From: an uncultured Gammaproteobacteria bacterium | Lineage (GTDB): Bacteria > Pseudomonadota > Gammaproteobacteria > Steroidobacterales > Steroidobacteraceae | Assembly: GCA_963774865.1 (NCBI GenBank) | Contig: CAVZGU010000013.1 | Coordinates: forward strand, 11,894-75,893 | Direction: 5' to 3' | Length of the DNA: 64,000 bases | In this document: piece after piece, positions 8,325 through 20,395 of the stretch | Layout: each line of letters opens with the position of its first letter | Numbering within the stretch: the stretch's first letter is position 1 | Made by a program: the position numbers and the translations under genes | Notes under the pieces: model-generated | The model's database searches: none | Told to the model about the DNA's origin: nothing | What the model saw: only the letters and a program-made list of their open reading frames with translations

Positions 8325-10409
8325 ATGAGCGCGACTTCGCACGGCCTGTGGCTCGGCCTGGACACCGGCGGCACGTATACCGACGCGGTGCTGCTCGCCG
8401 ACGGCGCGGCGCGTCATCGCGAGCGCAAAGGCGCTGACCACCCCCTGGGATCTTGCGATCGGCATCGGTCAGGCGATCCGCGCGGTGCTCGGCATTCTGG
8501 CGGGCGGCGCGCACGGCGCCAGCCGCGCAGAGGTGAGCCTCGTGTCCGTGTCGACCACGCTCGCCACCAATGCCGTGGTCGAACACCGCTTCAGCCCCGT
8601 GTGCACGCTCGTGATCGGTTTCGACGAGGCCATGGTCGAGCGCTCGGGTCTCAAGCGCCACCGCGACGGCATGGTGGCGCGCATTCCGGGCGGCCACACC
8701 GCGACCGGCGAGGAATCCGAGGCGCTGGACGAGGCCGCCGTCGAGCGCGCGGTGCGCGAGTACGGGGCCCGCGTCGAAGCGTTCGCGGTCGCCGCCAATT
8801 TCTCGGTGCGCAATCCGTCGCATGAGCTGCGGGCGCGCCGCATCATCCGCGCACTGTCGCCGAAGCCGGTGACCTGCGCGCACGAATTGAGCTCGAAGCT
8901 CGATGCGCCGCGCCGCGCGCTCACCGCCGCGTTGAACGCGCGGCTCACGCCGCAGATCCGCCATCTCATCGAGGCGCTCGGCCGAGTGCTGGTCGAGGAG
9001 TCGATCGATGCGCCGCTGATGATCGTCAAGGGCGACGGTTCGCTGATGAAGGCCGAGGTGGCGCTCGAGTATCCGGTCGAGACCATCCTGTCGGGTCCGG
9101 CGGCGAGCGTCGTGGGCGCGGGATTTCTCACCGGGCTCGAGGACTTCGTGGTCTCCGACATGGGCGGCACCACCACCGATATCGCGGTGGTCGCCGGCGG
9201 CCGGCCCGCTGATCCGCGCCGAGGGCGCGCTGGTCGGCGGCTGGCGCACCATGGTCGAGGCGGTCGACGTGCGCACCAGCGGTCTCGGCGGCGACAGCGA
9301 GGTGCATTTCGACCGGCAGCACCGCCTGCGCGTCGGTCCGCGCAAGGCCATGCCGCTGAGCCTGCTCGCGCAGCGCTTCCCGTCGACGCTCGCGCAGCTG
9401 CGCTCGATCGCAGAGCTCGAGCGCCTGCCGGACCATGCGCGACGCAATTTGCCTTCCGCAATCCCGATCGCGCACCGCCCGAGCATCTGTCGGCGCTCGA
9501 GCGCCGGGTGTGGGACGCCCTGGACCTCGAGCCCAAGCCACGTATCGACCGTGGTGCGCAACGCGTCGGGTCTCGAGGCGCTGCGGCGCCTCGCCGATGC
9601 CGGGCTCGCCACGCTCGCGGCCTTTACGCCGAGCGATGCCATGCACGTGCTCGAGCGGCAGCAGGGATGGTGCGCGCGAGGCGGCCGAGTGCGGTGCGCG
9701 GATTCTCGCCACCGAGGAGCGCAACGCGCGCGCGGCATCCGCGGCCGCCTCGCGCGCGGGAGATCTGCGAACGCACCTATGAACACGTGGTGCGCGAGAC
9801 GCGGCGCGGGTGCTGCTCGCCGCGGCCTTGGCGCACGATCCCGGACTCGAGGCGCGCGCGGGCCGCTGGGGCGTGCTCGGCGACCGGCTCATCGAGGAGG
9901 TCGTGGCCGGCCAGCCGCTTCTCGACTCTGCTGCATGCCACGCTCGGGCTCGCGCGGCCGCTGGTCGCCATCGGCGCGCCGGTCGGGGCCTATTATCCCG
10001 AGGTGGCGCGCCGGCTCGGCGCGCAGCTGTCGATTCCGGAGCACGCGGCGGTGTGCAACGCCGTCGGTGCGGTCGCGGGCGTGGTCTCGCAGACGGTCGA
10101 GATCCTGGTCAACCAGCCGACCTTCAAGGTTTTCCGAGTGCACGATCCGGCGGGCAGCCGAGGATTATCCGGATCCCGAGCCCGCGCTCGAGCATGCGCG
10201 AGCGCGTGTCGCGCGAACTCGCGCTCGCGGCGGCGCGCCGCGCCGGCGCGGCCGATCCGCACGTCGAGACGAGCGTGAGCGAAAAGCTCGCGCACGTCGG
10301 GCGCGGGCAGCTGATTATCTGGCCGAAGCGGTGGCGCGCTCGACCGCGACCGGCCGCCCGTTCGCCGGCCACATCGGCGCGTGCGCGACGCCGAGCGCGC
10401 ATCGGATAA
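8325..10409 (+). pseudogene. Hydantoinase/oxoprolinase-family protein, multiply frameshifted
   Basis: The N-terminus is MSATSHGLWLGLDTGGTYTDAVLLADG. Later segments appear in all three frames (VSVSTTLATNAVVE, SDMGGTTTDIAVVAGGRP, MVEAVDVRTSGLGGDSEVHF, LVAIGAPVGAYYPEVARRLGAQLSIPEHAAVCNAVGA). I count at least 8 frame changes. The first is at about 8408. The 3' end is approximate. Confidence 0.7.
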
Positions 10410-10517
10410 AGGCATACCGCGCTCGGCGGCATATCGAAAAGGCATACGACTGTCGCTGCGGAAATCGCGCGGGCACGCGAGCCGCGGCGCGCGCGATGCT
10501 TCCCTATAATCGGCTGC

Positions 10518-12084
10518 ATGAAACAACCCGACGAGACGCTCGGCCGCCGCAGCCGGCGCCGCCCCGGAGCCGCCGAGGTCAGCCATGCGGTGTTCGACCG
10601 CACGCGGCCCTACCGCCATCTGCGCAATCCGTTCGAGCCGCTGAAGGTGTTCTCGGACGATCAGGTCGCCGCCATCCACGAGGCGGCGCTCATCGATGCT
10701 CGAGACGCAGGGCATGAAGGTGCTGTCGGCGGATGCGCGCGTGCGCTACGCCGCAACGCCGGCGCAGCGGTCGACGAGGCGACGCAGATCGTGCGCCTCG
10801 ACCGCGGGCTCGTCGGCCGCCTCGCTCGCGACCGCGCCGCACGACATCACGCTGCACGCCGTCGACCCGGAGCGCAACGTGCCGCTCGTCGAAGGGCTGC
10901 GTCGCCTTCGCGCCGACCTCCGGTCCGCCGAACATCATGGATACGGCGCGCGGCCGGCGCGCCGGAACGTTCGAGGACTTCTGCAACCTGATGAAGCTGT
11001 GCCAGAGCTTCGAGGTGATCCACGTGCTCGGCGGCGCGACCGAGCCGCAGGACGTTCCGGTGCACGTCCGCCATCTGGAGGTGACGCGCGCGCAGCTCAT
11101 GCTGTGCGACAAGATGCCGTTCATCTTCTCGCGCGGCCACGGGCAGGTCGCCGACAACTTCGAGCTGATCCGCCTCGCGCACGGCATCTCGCCCGAGGAG
11201 TTCCGCTCGCGTCCCTACACCTACACCATCATCAACACCAACTCGCCGCTGCAGCTCGACATTCCGATGGCGGACGGCATCATCGATTTCGCCGCCGCCG
11301 GCCAGGTGCTCGATCATCACGCCGTTCACGCTGGCCGGCGCGATGGCGCCGGTGACGATCGCGGGCGCGCTGACCCTGGCGCACGCCGAGGCGCTCGCCG
11401 GCCTCACGCTCGCGCAGATCGTGCGGCCCGGCGCGCCGATCGTGTACGGCAGCTTCACCTCGAACGTCGACATGAAATCCGGATCGCCGGCCTTCGGCAC
11501 GCCGGAATACGTCAAGGCGGCGTTCGGCGCCGGCCAGCTGGCGCGCTTCCTCGGGCTGCCGTGGCGCTCATCGAACGCCACCGCCTCGAACATCCCCGAC
11601 GCGCAGTCCGCCTACGAATCGCAGATGAGCCTGTGGGGCGCGCTGTTCGGCGGCTGCAATTTCGTGCTGCACGCGGCCGGCTGGCTCGAGAGCGGGCTGA
11701 CCACCTCGTACGAGAAGTTCATCCTCGACATCGAGATGCTGCAGATGTTCGCCGAGGTGTTCCAGCCGGTCGGCGCCGCGCCCGCCGATCTCGCGCTCGA
11801 GGCGGTTGCCGAGGTCGGCGCCGGGCGGGCATTTCTTCGGCTGCGCGCACACGATGGAGCGCTATCGCAGCGCCTTCTACGCGCCGCTGGTCTCCGACTG
11901 GCGCAATTCCGGCAGCTGGGCCGACGACGGCGCGCAAGACCGCGACCGAGCGCGCCAGCGGCATCTGGCAGGGCACGCTTGCAGCGTTATGTCGCGCCGA
12001 CGCGCGATCCGGCCGTCGTCGAGGCGCTCGATGCGTATGTCGCGCGGCGCAAGGCCGAAGGGCGGCGCGCCGCCCGTGACCTGA
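10518..12084 (+). pseudogene. MttB-superfamily (trimethylamine methyltransferase family, non-Pyl type) methyltransferase, copy 1, multiply frameshifted
   Basis: Family-typical segments are spread over three frames: YRHLRNPFEPLKVFSDDQVAAIHEAAL, FEDFCNLMKLCQSFEVIHVLGG, TIINTNSPLQLDIPMADGIIDFAAAGQ, MAPVTIAGALTLAHAEALAGLTLAQIVRPGAPIVYGSF, GGHFFGCAHTMERYRSAFY. At least 9 frame changes. Confidence 0.85.
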
Positions 12085-12218
12085 GCATGTCGCATCTGGG
12101 CATGCCGCCGTCGCGATATCACAAGTCCCCGGGCCGGTGCGGACTTACCATGGCGTGCTGATGCGAGGACTGCGTAAGCTACGGTGGCTGCTCGCAAAAA
12201 TAACCCCTGGAGAGCTAG

Positions 12219-12928
<710 letters not shown>

Positions 12929-12935
12929 AGCGCAG

Positions 12936-13556
12936 GTGCGCGACGCCGTGGCCAGACCGGCCGAGGCCGGTGCTGGTCATCGCCTGCGGCGCGCTGGCGC
13001 ACGAGATCACGGCGCTGAGGCGCGCCAACGGCTGGGATCGAGCTCGACGTGCGCTGCCTGCCGCGCCGAGCTGCACAACCGGCCCGAGCAGCATCCCCGC
13101 CGCCGTGCGCGCGCTGATCCGATCGCTCGCGCTGCCACTACCGGTCGATCTTCGTCGCCTACGCCGACTGCGGCACCGGCGGGCTGCTCGACGCGGTGCT
13201 CGCGGAGGAGGGCGTCGAGCGCATCCCGGGCGCGCACTGCTATGAGTTCTTCGCCACCGGGCCCGGTGTTCGCGGCGCTGGCCGAGGCCGAGCCCGGCAC
13301 GTTCTATCTCACCGATTTCCTGCTGCGGCATTTCGAGCGCCTGGTGATCCGCGGGCTCGGGCTCGATCGGCATCCGGAGCTGTTCGCGAGCTACTTCGGC
13401 AATTACCGCAAGCTCGTGTATCTGGCGCAGGCGCCGAGCGCCGGCGCGCTGCGAGCAGGCGCGCGCGATCGCCGCGCGCATGGGGCTCGACGTTCGAGTA
13501 CCGCGACGACCGGCTACGGCACGCTGGCGACGAGCCTCGAGCGGCGCGCGGCGTGA
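12936..13556 (+). pseudogene. DUF1638-like protein, multiply frameshifted
   Basis: Segments PVLVIACGALAHEITALRRANGW, EEGVERIPGAHCYEFFATGP and GTFYLTDFLLRHFERLVIRGLGLDRHPELFASYFGNYRKLVYLAQ lie in different frames. This matches my memory of the DUF1638 proteins that accompany MttB/corrinoid clusters. Confidence 0.6.
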
Positions 13557-13599
13557 ACGCGATGCGCGGTCGAGGCGCAGCGCATGCGGAGGCCGTCGC

Positions 13600-13945
13600 A
13601 TGGCGTCGCTGATCGTCATTTCCTGGCGCGACATCCCGGCGCAGGTCATCGTCAAGCGCGGCCGCGAGACGGCGAAGGTGCAGCTCTCGCAGCGCTTTCA
13701 GGAGGCGGTCGATCGCGCCGCGATGCGCGCCGGCAAGGGCAGCTCGGATGCCTATCTCGCCGACTGGCAGCGCAGCGCGCCGCGCCCGTGCGGCGATGAC
13801 CTGCAGGCCGAGGCCGACGCCGAGGCGGCGCGCCTCGAGGCGCAGTTACACGCGACGAGGACCTCGAGCGGCTGATCCGCGCCAAGGGCCTGGACGCGAC
13901 TCGCGGCGCGTCCGATTCCGGCCGCCGCGCCGCCGAGTCTCCTGA
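13600..13945 (+). pseudogene. Small conserved protein (family usually annotated 'virulence factor') of MttB/corrinoid clusters; C-terminal part frameshifted
   Basis: ATG at 13600 gives MASLIVISWRDIPAQVIVKRGRETAKVQLSQRFQEAVDRAAMRAGKGSSDAYLADW. The continuation DEDLERLIRAKGLD is in another frame. The 3' end is uncertain. Confidence 0.5.
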
Positions 13946-14454
13946 TGTACTCGCGTCAGCCTCTGGTCGGTGCGCCATGCGCGCGGCCTGAACGCATTCT
14001 ATCGCGGCTTCGAGCGCGTGCTGGTGCGCATGCACGGCGCTGTTCCGCGCGCTCGGCTACGAGCGCATCGAGCGGCCGGTGGCGGCGGTCGAGCAAGGCC
14101 GTCAAGGGCGCTGCTGTTCGACTGCCGCATGTGCGGCCAGTGCGTGCTCAGCTCGACCGGCATGTCCTGCCCGATGAACTGCCCGAAGACCCTGCGCAAC
14201 GGCCCCTGCGGCGGCGTGCGCGCCGACGGCAACTGCGAGGTCAAGCCGGAGATGCGCTGCGTCTGGGTCGAGGCCTATCGCGGCAGCCGAGCGCATTCCC
14301 GGCGGCATCGAGGCGATGCGCCAGGTGCAGTCGCCGGTCGACCAGCGCCTGCAGGGCCGCTCCTCGTGGCTGCGGGTGGTGCGCGAGCGCACCCGAAGCC
14401 GCCGGCCGCGCGGCGCGCGCCCGCGAAGGCGGCAGCCCGAAGGCGGCGCCATGA
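13945..14454 (+). pseudogene. Methylenetetrahydrofolate reductase C-terminal-domain (Cys-rich) protein, frameshifted
   Basis: LFDCRMCGQCVLSSTGMSCPMNCPKTLRNGPCGGVRADGNCEVKPEMRCVWVEAYRGS sits in one frame and SPVDQRLQGRSSWLRVVRER in another. The terminal TGA (14452-14454) overlaps the next ATG (ATGA). At least 4 frame changes. Confidence 0.7.
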
Positions 14455-15476
14455 GATTCGAGGACGAGCCGGTGCCCGGCTATCCGCTGCCGATCCTGCC
14501 CGGGCACACCTCGCCGGGCCGCTTCGAGCGCGTGCTGCGCGCCGGCGGCTTCGCGGTCACCACCGAGCTGGCGCCGCCGGATTCGGCCGACCCGGAGGAT
14601 GTGTACAAGCGCGCGCGGGTGTTCGACGGCTACGTCGATGCGATCAACGCGACCGACGGCAGCGGCGCCAACTGCCACATGTCGAGCCTCGCGGTGTGCG
14701 CGCTGCTGACGCGCGTCGGCTATGCGCCGATCATGCAGATCTCCTGCCGCGACAAGAACCGCATCGCGATCCAGGGCGACATTCTCGGCGGCGCCGCGAT
14801 GGGCGTGTGCAACATGCTGTGCCTGACCGGCGACGGCGTGCAGGCGGGCGATCATCCGCAGGCGAAGCCGGTGTTCGATCTGGATTGCGTGTCGCTGCTC
14901 GAGATCGCGCGCACGCTGCGCGACGAGCACCGCTTTCAGAGCGGCCGCAAGATCAGCTTCGCGCCGCGCGTGTTTTTCGGCGCCGCCGAGAATCCCTCGG
15001 CGCTGCCGCACGAGTGGCGCGCGCTGCGCCTGGCCAAGAAGGTCGCCGCCGGCGCGCAGTTCATCCAGACGCAGTACTGCTACGACCTGCCGCTGCTGCG
15101 CGCCTTCATGGACGCAGGTCGAGGCGCTCGGGCTGCTCGGCAAGGTCTTCATCCTCGTCGGCGTCGGTCCGCTGCGCTCGGCGAAGACGGCCGAATGGAT
15201 GCGCAAGAACGTGCCCGGCATGCACGTCCCCGATGCCGTCATCGAGCGCCTCGCCGGCGCGCAGGATCAGGCGCGCGAAGGCCGCAACATCTGCGTCGAG
15301 CTCGATTCAGGAGATCCGCGAGATCCGCGGCATCAGCGGCGTGCACATCATGGCCTACCGGCAGGAAGAGTCGGTGGCCGAGATCGTCGACCGCTCCGGC
15401 GTGCTCCGAGGCCGCGCTCCCTGGTATCCCGGGCGCGACGATGCCCGAACCCGCTTCTCAAAGGACAGCATCATGA
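14451..15476 (+). pseudogene. Methylenetetrahydrofolate reductase (MetF-like), frameshifted
   Basis: A long good segment runs MRFEDEPVPGYPL...FAVTTELAPPDSADPEDVYKRARVFDGYVDAINATDGSGANCHMSSLAVCALL...IQTQYCYDLPLLRAFMDA. It then changes frame (MRKNVPGMHVPDAVIERLAGAQDQAREGRNICVEL; EIRGISGVHIMAYRQEESVAEIVDRSGVL). At least 3 frame changes. Confidence 0.75.
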
Positions 15477-16432
15477 CCGATACCGTCATCAGTTCCGCCA
15501 CCAAGGAGGTCGTCATCGGCTTCGATCGGCCGTTCGTCATCATCGGCGAGCGCATCAATCCGACGGGGCGCAAGATCCTGGCCGCCGAAATGGCCGCCGG
15601 CGACTTCAGCCGCGTCGAGGCCGATGCGCGCGCCCAGGTCGAGGCCGGGCGCGCACATGCTCGACGTCAATGCCGGCATTCCGCTGGCCGACGAGCCGGC
15701 GATCCTCGCGCGCGCCGTCCAGCTGGTGCAGTCGATCACCGACGTGCCGCTGTCGATCGATTCGTCGATCGTCGCCGCGCTGCGAGGCCGGGCTCGCGGT
15801 CTACAAGGGCAAGGCGCTGGTCAATTCCGTGACCGGCGAGGAGGAGCGGCTCGAGATCGGTGCTGCCGCTGGTCAAGAAATACGGCGCGGCGGTGATCGC
15901 GATCTCGAACGACGAGACCGGCATCTCGGAGGATCCGGACGTGCGCTTCGCGGTGGCGAAGAAGATCGTCGAGCGCGCGATGGATCACGGCATTCCCGCC
16001 GTGCGACGTCGTGGTCGATCCGCTGGTGATGCCGATCGGCGCCATCAATCAGGCGGGCGTGCAGGTGCATGCGCCTGGTGCACCGGCTGCGCACCGAGCT
16101 CAAGGTCAACACCTCCTGCGGCGCCTCGAACGTCAGCTTCGGGCTGCCGAATCGCAACGGCATCAACAGCGCGTTTCTGACCATGGCGATCGGCGCGGGA
16201 CTGACCTCCGCCATCACCAATCCGCTGCACGTCGAGGTGGTGCAAGGCGTGCATGGGCGCCGACGTCATGATGGGCCACGATCCGGATTGCGCGCGCTGG
16301 ATCCGGCGCTTCCGCGAGGCGCCGCCGGCTGCCGCCGCCCGGCACGGCCGGCGCCGGCAGAGGCGCCGCGCGGCCGCCGCGAAGGCGGTCATCGCCGGCG
16401 GCCGGCCTGAGCGCGCGGTCGAATGCACATGA
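15473..16432 (+). pseudogene. Methyl-H4folate:corrinoid methyltransferase (pterin-binding, MtrH/AcsE-like), frameshifted
   Basis: Segments MTDTVISSATKEVVIGFDRPFVIIGERINPTGRKILAAEMAAGDF; MLDVNAGIPLADEPAILARAVQLVQSITDVPLSIDSS; LVKKYGAAVIAISNDETGISEDPDVRFAVAKKIVERAMDHGIP; LKVNTSCGASNVSFGLPNRNGINSAFLTMAIGAGLTSAITNP lie in alternating frames. At least 5 frame changes. Confidence 0.75.
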
Positions 16433-18465
16433 CGACTCGCGATCCGCTCGTCGTCTTCATGCCTTCCGGCAAGCGCGGACGCTTTGCCGGTGGGCACGCC
16501 GCTGCTGCAGGCGGCGCGCAGCCTGGGCGTGGACATCGATTCGGTCTGCGGCGGCCGCGGCGCTGTGCGGGCGCTGCCAGGTGCTGGTCGCGGAGGGCGA
16601 GTTCGCCAAGCACGGCGTGCACCTCCTCGAGCGCGAGCCTGTCGCCGTTCAGCGAGCCGGAGATGCGCTTCTCGCGCCGCGCGCCGCTCGCGGCAGGGCG
16701 GCGCCTGTCGTGCTCGGCGCGCGTCGCAGGCCGACGTGGTCATCGACGTGCCCGCGAGCAGCCAGGTGCATCGCCAGGTGGTGCGCAAGGAGGCCGATGC
16801 GCGCGCGATCGAGCTCAATCCGGTGGTGCGTCTGCACTACGTGCAGGTGAAGCAGCCGGACATGCACGATCCGTCCGGCGACCTGCGCCGGCTGTTCGAG
16901 GCGCTGGAAGCGCGAATGGAGCCTGAAGGATCTCACCTGCGATCTGTCCGTGCTGCAGGGGCTGCAGCCGGCGCTGCGCGCGGGCGGCTGGCAGGTCACG
17001 GTGGCGGTGCACGCCGAGAAGCAGATCATCGGCGTCTGGCCGGGGCTGCACGAGCGGGCCTTCGGCCTCGCGGTCGACGTCGGCTCCACCACGATCGCCG
17101 CGCATCTGTGCGACCTGCGAGCGGCGAAGTGGTCGCCTCCGCGGGCGTCATGAATCCGCAGATCCGCTTCGGCGAGGACCTGATGAGCCGCGTCTCCTAT
17201 TCGATGATGAATCCCGGCGGCGCCGCGCTGATGACCGCAGCGGTGCGCGAAGCGCTCTGCGAGCTCGCGGCGGACGTGGCGCGCAGCGCCGGCGTCATCG
17301 CACGAGGACATCCTCGAGGCGACGCTGGTCGGCAATCCGATCATGCATCACCTGCTGCTCGGCATCGATCCGGTGGAACTCGGCGGCGCGCCGTTCGCGC
17401 TCGCCGTCGATCACTCGCTCACGCTGCGGGCGAATGTCATCGACTTCAAGCTGCACCGCAACGCGCGCATCTACGTGCTGCCGTGCATCGCCGGCCACGT
17501 CGGCGCCGATGCCGCGGGCATGGTGCTCGCCGAGCGTCCGGACCTTGCCGACGAGATGACGCTGCTGGTCGATGTCGGCACGAACGCCGAAATCGTGCTC
17601 GGCAACCGCCAGCGGCTGCGTCGCCTGCTCGAGCCCGACCGGCCCCGCGTTCGAGGGCGCGCAGATCAGCTGCGGCCAGCGCGCGGCGCCCGGCGCGATC
17701 GAGCGCGTGCGCATCGACCGCGAGACGCTCGAGCCGCGCTTCAAGGTCATCGGCTCCGACCTGTGGTCGGACGAGCCCGGCTTCGAGGAGGCGACCGCGG
17801 CGAACCGGCATCACCGGCGTATGCGGCTCGGGCATCATCGAGGTGATCGCCGAGATGTACCTTGCCGGCATCATCAATCAGGACGGCGTGCTCGACGGCC
17901 GCCTGGCCGCGCGCACGCCCGCGCATCGTCGCGAACGGCAGGACGTTCGCCGTATGTGCTGCATCGGCGGCGAACGGTCGAGATGAAGATCACGCAGAAC
18001 GACGTGCGCGCGATTCAGCTGGCGAAGGCGGCGCTGTACGCCGGCGTCGCGCTGCTGATGGAGCGGCTCGGCATCGATCACGTCGATCGCATCCGCCTCG
18101 CCGGCGCCTTCGGCAGCCACATCGACGTCAAGTACGCGATGATTCTCGGCATGGTTCCCGACTGCGATCTGAAGCAGGTGCGCTCGGCCGGCAATGCGGC
18201 CGGAACCGGCGCGCGCATCGCGCTGCTCGATGCGACTTCACGCGGCGTGATCGAGACCCTGGTGCGGCGCATCGAGAAGGTGGAGACGGCGATCGAGCCG
18301 CGCTTTCAGCAGCACTTCGTCGAGGCGATGGCGATTCCGCACAAGACCGCGGCGTACCCGAACTTGCGCAAGGTAGTCGATTTGCCCGCGCCCAAGGAAT
18401 CCACCAGCCAGAGCGAAACGCGGGGCCGCCGGCCGCGCAGGCCGGAGGCGGCGAAAACGGAGTGA
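16429..18465 (+). pseudogene. Corrinoid reductive-activation protein (2Fe-2S ferredoxin domain plus ASKHA/DUF4445; RACo/RamA-like), multiply frameshifted
   Basis: The ATG overlaps the upstream stop (ATGA). The whole protein can be rebuilt by frame-hopping: VVFMPSGKRGRF / VGTPLLQAARSLGVDIDSVCGGRG / CQVLVAEGEFAKHGV / FGLAVDVGSTTIAAHLCDL / NPIMHHLLLGIDPVELGGAPF / LLVDVGTNAEIVLGN / TGITGVCGSGIIEVIAEMYLAGII. The intact C-terminus is KITQNDVRAIQLAKAALYAG... At least 10 frame changes; the last is near 17960. Confidence 0.8.
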
Positions 18466-18785
18466 GAAGCGGCTGCATCATCGTCGTCGGGTTGGCTTTG
18501 GCGTGCGCGGCCGGGTCGCCGGCGCGCGCCGCCGACGACCTGTCGGACCATTTGAAAGAGGCCGCGGCGGACGTCAAACGGGAGGCCAAAGCCGTGGCAG
18601 CGGACATCAAGGAAGGCGCTAAGAAAGTCGGTGCGGAGACGAAAAAAGCGGCGCACGCAGTGGCCGATACCGCGAAGAAGGGCGCGCACGAGGTCAAGGC
18701 CGCCGCCAAGAATGTCGCCGCGAAGAGCAAGGCGGCGGGTCACAGTGAGCCCGCGCACCGGCGGCCTGCCGAGAACCGATCATGA
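18462..18785 (+). CDS. Secreted Ala/Lys-rich protein built of 11-residue amphipathic repeats (LEA/apolipoprotein-like periodicity)
   Basis: GTG at 18462 overlaps the RACo stop (GTGA). Signal peptide VRSGCIIVVGLALACAAGSPARA. Repeats: AKAVAADIKEG / AKKVGAETKKA / AHAVADTAKKG / AHEVKAAAKNV / AAKSKAAGHSE. Confidence 0.55.
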   Translation: MRSGCIIVVGLALACAAGSPARAADDLSDHLKEAAADVKREAKAVAADIKEGAKKVGAETKKAAHAVADTAKKGAHEVKAAAKNVAAKSKAAGHSEPAHRRPAENRS

Positions 18786-19150
18786 AAAAGACGAAAATCA
18801 AGTGGCTGCGCAAACCGCAGGAGCACGACTATCCCGCTGCGCAATCGTATTTGAGTCTGCTCTTCCCGCCGCGGGTCGCGAAGGCGCTGGTCCAGAGATT
18901 GGAGCGTGCCGGGCTCGCCGAGTTTGCGGCGAAGGACATCTTCAGGGCGTCGGGTCTGGCGCTGCTCGGCAGCGGCAACAGCCACGTGGATCGGTACCGG
19001 ATCCTCATCATCCACAAGCAGCCGATCTCTCCGATCCTGCTGTGCCGGGACGCCGAACACGGCAAGGTGATCATAGCGGACGGATATCATCGGCTATGCG
19101 CCGTTTACACCTTCGATGAAGACGCGATGATTCCCTGCCAGATCATCTGA
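18782..19150 (+). CDS. ParB/sulfiredoxin-fold domain protein, function unknown
   Basis: The ATG overlaps the upstream stop (ATGA). The C-terminal ISPILLCRDAEHGKVIIADGYHRLCAVYTFDEDAMIPCQII resembles the ParB N-terminal domain core (..DGhHRl.A..). Confidence 0.5.
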   Translation: MKKTKIKWLRKPQEHDYPAAQSYLSLLFPPRVAKALVQRLERAGLAEFAAKDIFRASGLALLGSGNSHVDRYRILIIHKQPISPILLCRDAEHGKVIIADGYHRLCAVYTFDEDAMIPCQII

Positions 19151-19299
19151 GGAGAACGGCGCGGGCTCCGGTGCCGCCGCCTGCCGGCCTCCCGGCTGCT
19201 CTGGATATCCCTGGCCGACTCTTCGATTGTCACGCGCAAGCAATATTTGCGCTCATAAGGCACATACGAGTACTTTGTCTGGCAAAGTAACTTGGCGTC

Positions 19300-20395
19300 A
19301 TGCGAGCACATGCTGGGACGAATTTTGTGCACCCGATCGTGATCCGATTTGGCCGGCTCGGCGACATGGTTTTGCTGAGCCCTCTTTTGCATCTGCTGCA
19401 TCGCCGCTATCGCAATCCGTGCTGGCTGATCGGCTCGGGCCCATGGTCGATTCAGCTATATCGCGGACATCAAGACGTGGCGCGAATCTGGTCCTTGTTC
19501 GGGCGCCATACGCCACTTTTGCTCGGTCCTACCTGGTGGAGTGCGCTGTGGGCGCTGCGCCATAGCGGGAAGTCCCCGATCTACGTATGCGAAACTGCCG
19601 CATTCCGTCAATTGAACAGGATCAAGGGCCTGCTGGCCGTTGCCGGTGTCGCGCCGGAACGCTGTGTCTTCCTGCCGGAAGAGGATTTGACCGAAGCCAG
19701 CGGGCATCGGGTCGACCGTCTGCTGTGCTTCGGTAGACAAACGCCTTCCGCGCTGCAAGCGGCTCATTACCCCTCGCCAGAGGTCGACCCTGCACCACGA
19801 CTCAAGGTGCCGGAAGCGGATCGGCTGGAGTGCGACGCCTGGATCAGAGCCCGGGGTTGGTCGGGCCGGCCGATTGTCCTGGTGCAGCCCGGCAACCGGC
19901 GAAGCATGCGACGATATCGATGGCATCGAGACCGCATCGACGACAAAGCCTGGGCACTGTCGAAATGGTCCGAGCTGCTCCATTGCATTCACGAAACGTT
20001 GCCAAAGGCGCAAATTGTGCTCTGTGGATCGCGGCAGGAGCAGGCATTGACGCGTCGGATCCGCGATGCCACCGGGATTGACGCAGTGGTTGCATTGCCC
20101 TTGACCTTGTGCCGGCTGCTCGCGCTGTGTGAAGTTGCACACAGCATGAATATCGGTGGATACCGGGCCGGCCCACGTCGCGGCAGCGATGGGCTCACCG
20201 CTAGTCGTGCTATTTGGTAATAGCTCGCCGCGTCATTGGTTGCCGCGTAGTTTCTGCCGGGCACCGGTAATCGGACTGGGTGGAGCCCCGGGAGTTCGTC
20301 ACGTCGATCAAATTCCGGTGCACGCCGTATTCGACGCTTGGCGCTCGCTGCCTGCCGGTGGGCTGTGTTTCACGGCTGCGTCGTCTGGGCGATGA
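19300..20395 (+). pseudogene. Glycosyltransferase family 9 (heptosyltransferase-like), one frame change near 20155
   Basis: N-terminus IVIRFGRLGDMVLLSPLLHLL. The conserved C-terminal VDTGPAHVAAAMGSPLVVLFG continues in the frame of ORF 20156..20395. Confidence 0.7.

Noticed and set aside
10505-10510. TATAAT hexamer 7 nt upstream of the MttB copy 1 ATG (possible leaderless transcript)
   Set aside because: There is no matching -35 or extended -10 element. A single hexamer match in 64 kb is expected by chance.
14316-15476. Apparent fusion of the MTHFR C-terminal-domain protein with MetF in one 386-aa ORF
   Set aside because: The upstream gene's own terminal segment and stop (..GGSPKAAP-TGA at 14452-14454) lie in another frame and overlap the MetF ATG (ATGA). 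The read-through is a by-product of the frameshifts, not a real fusion.
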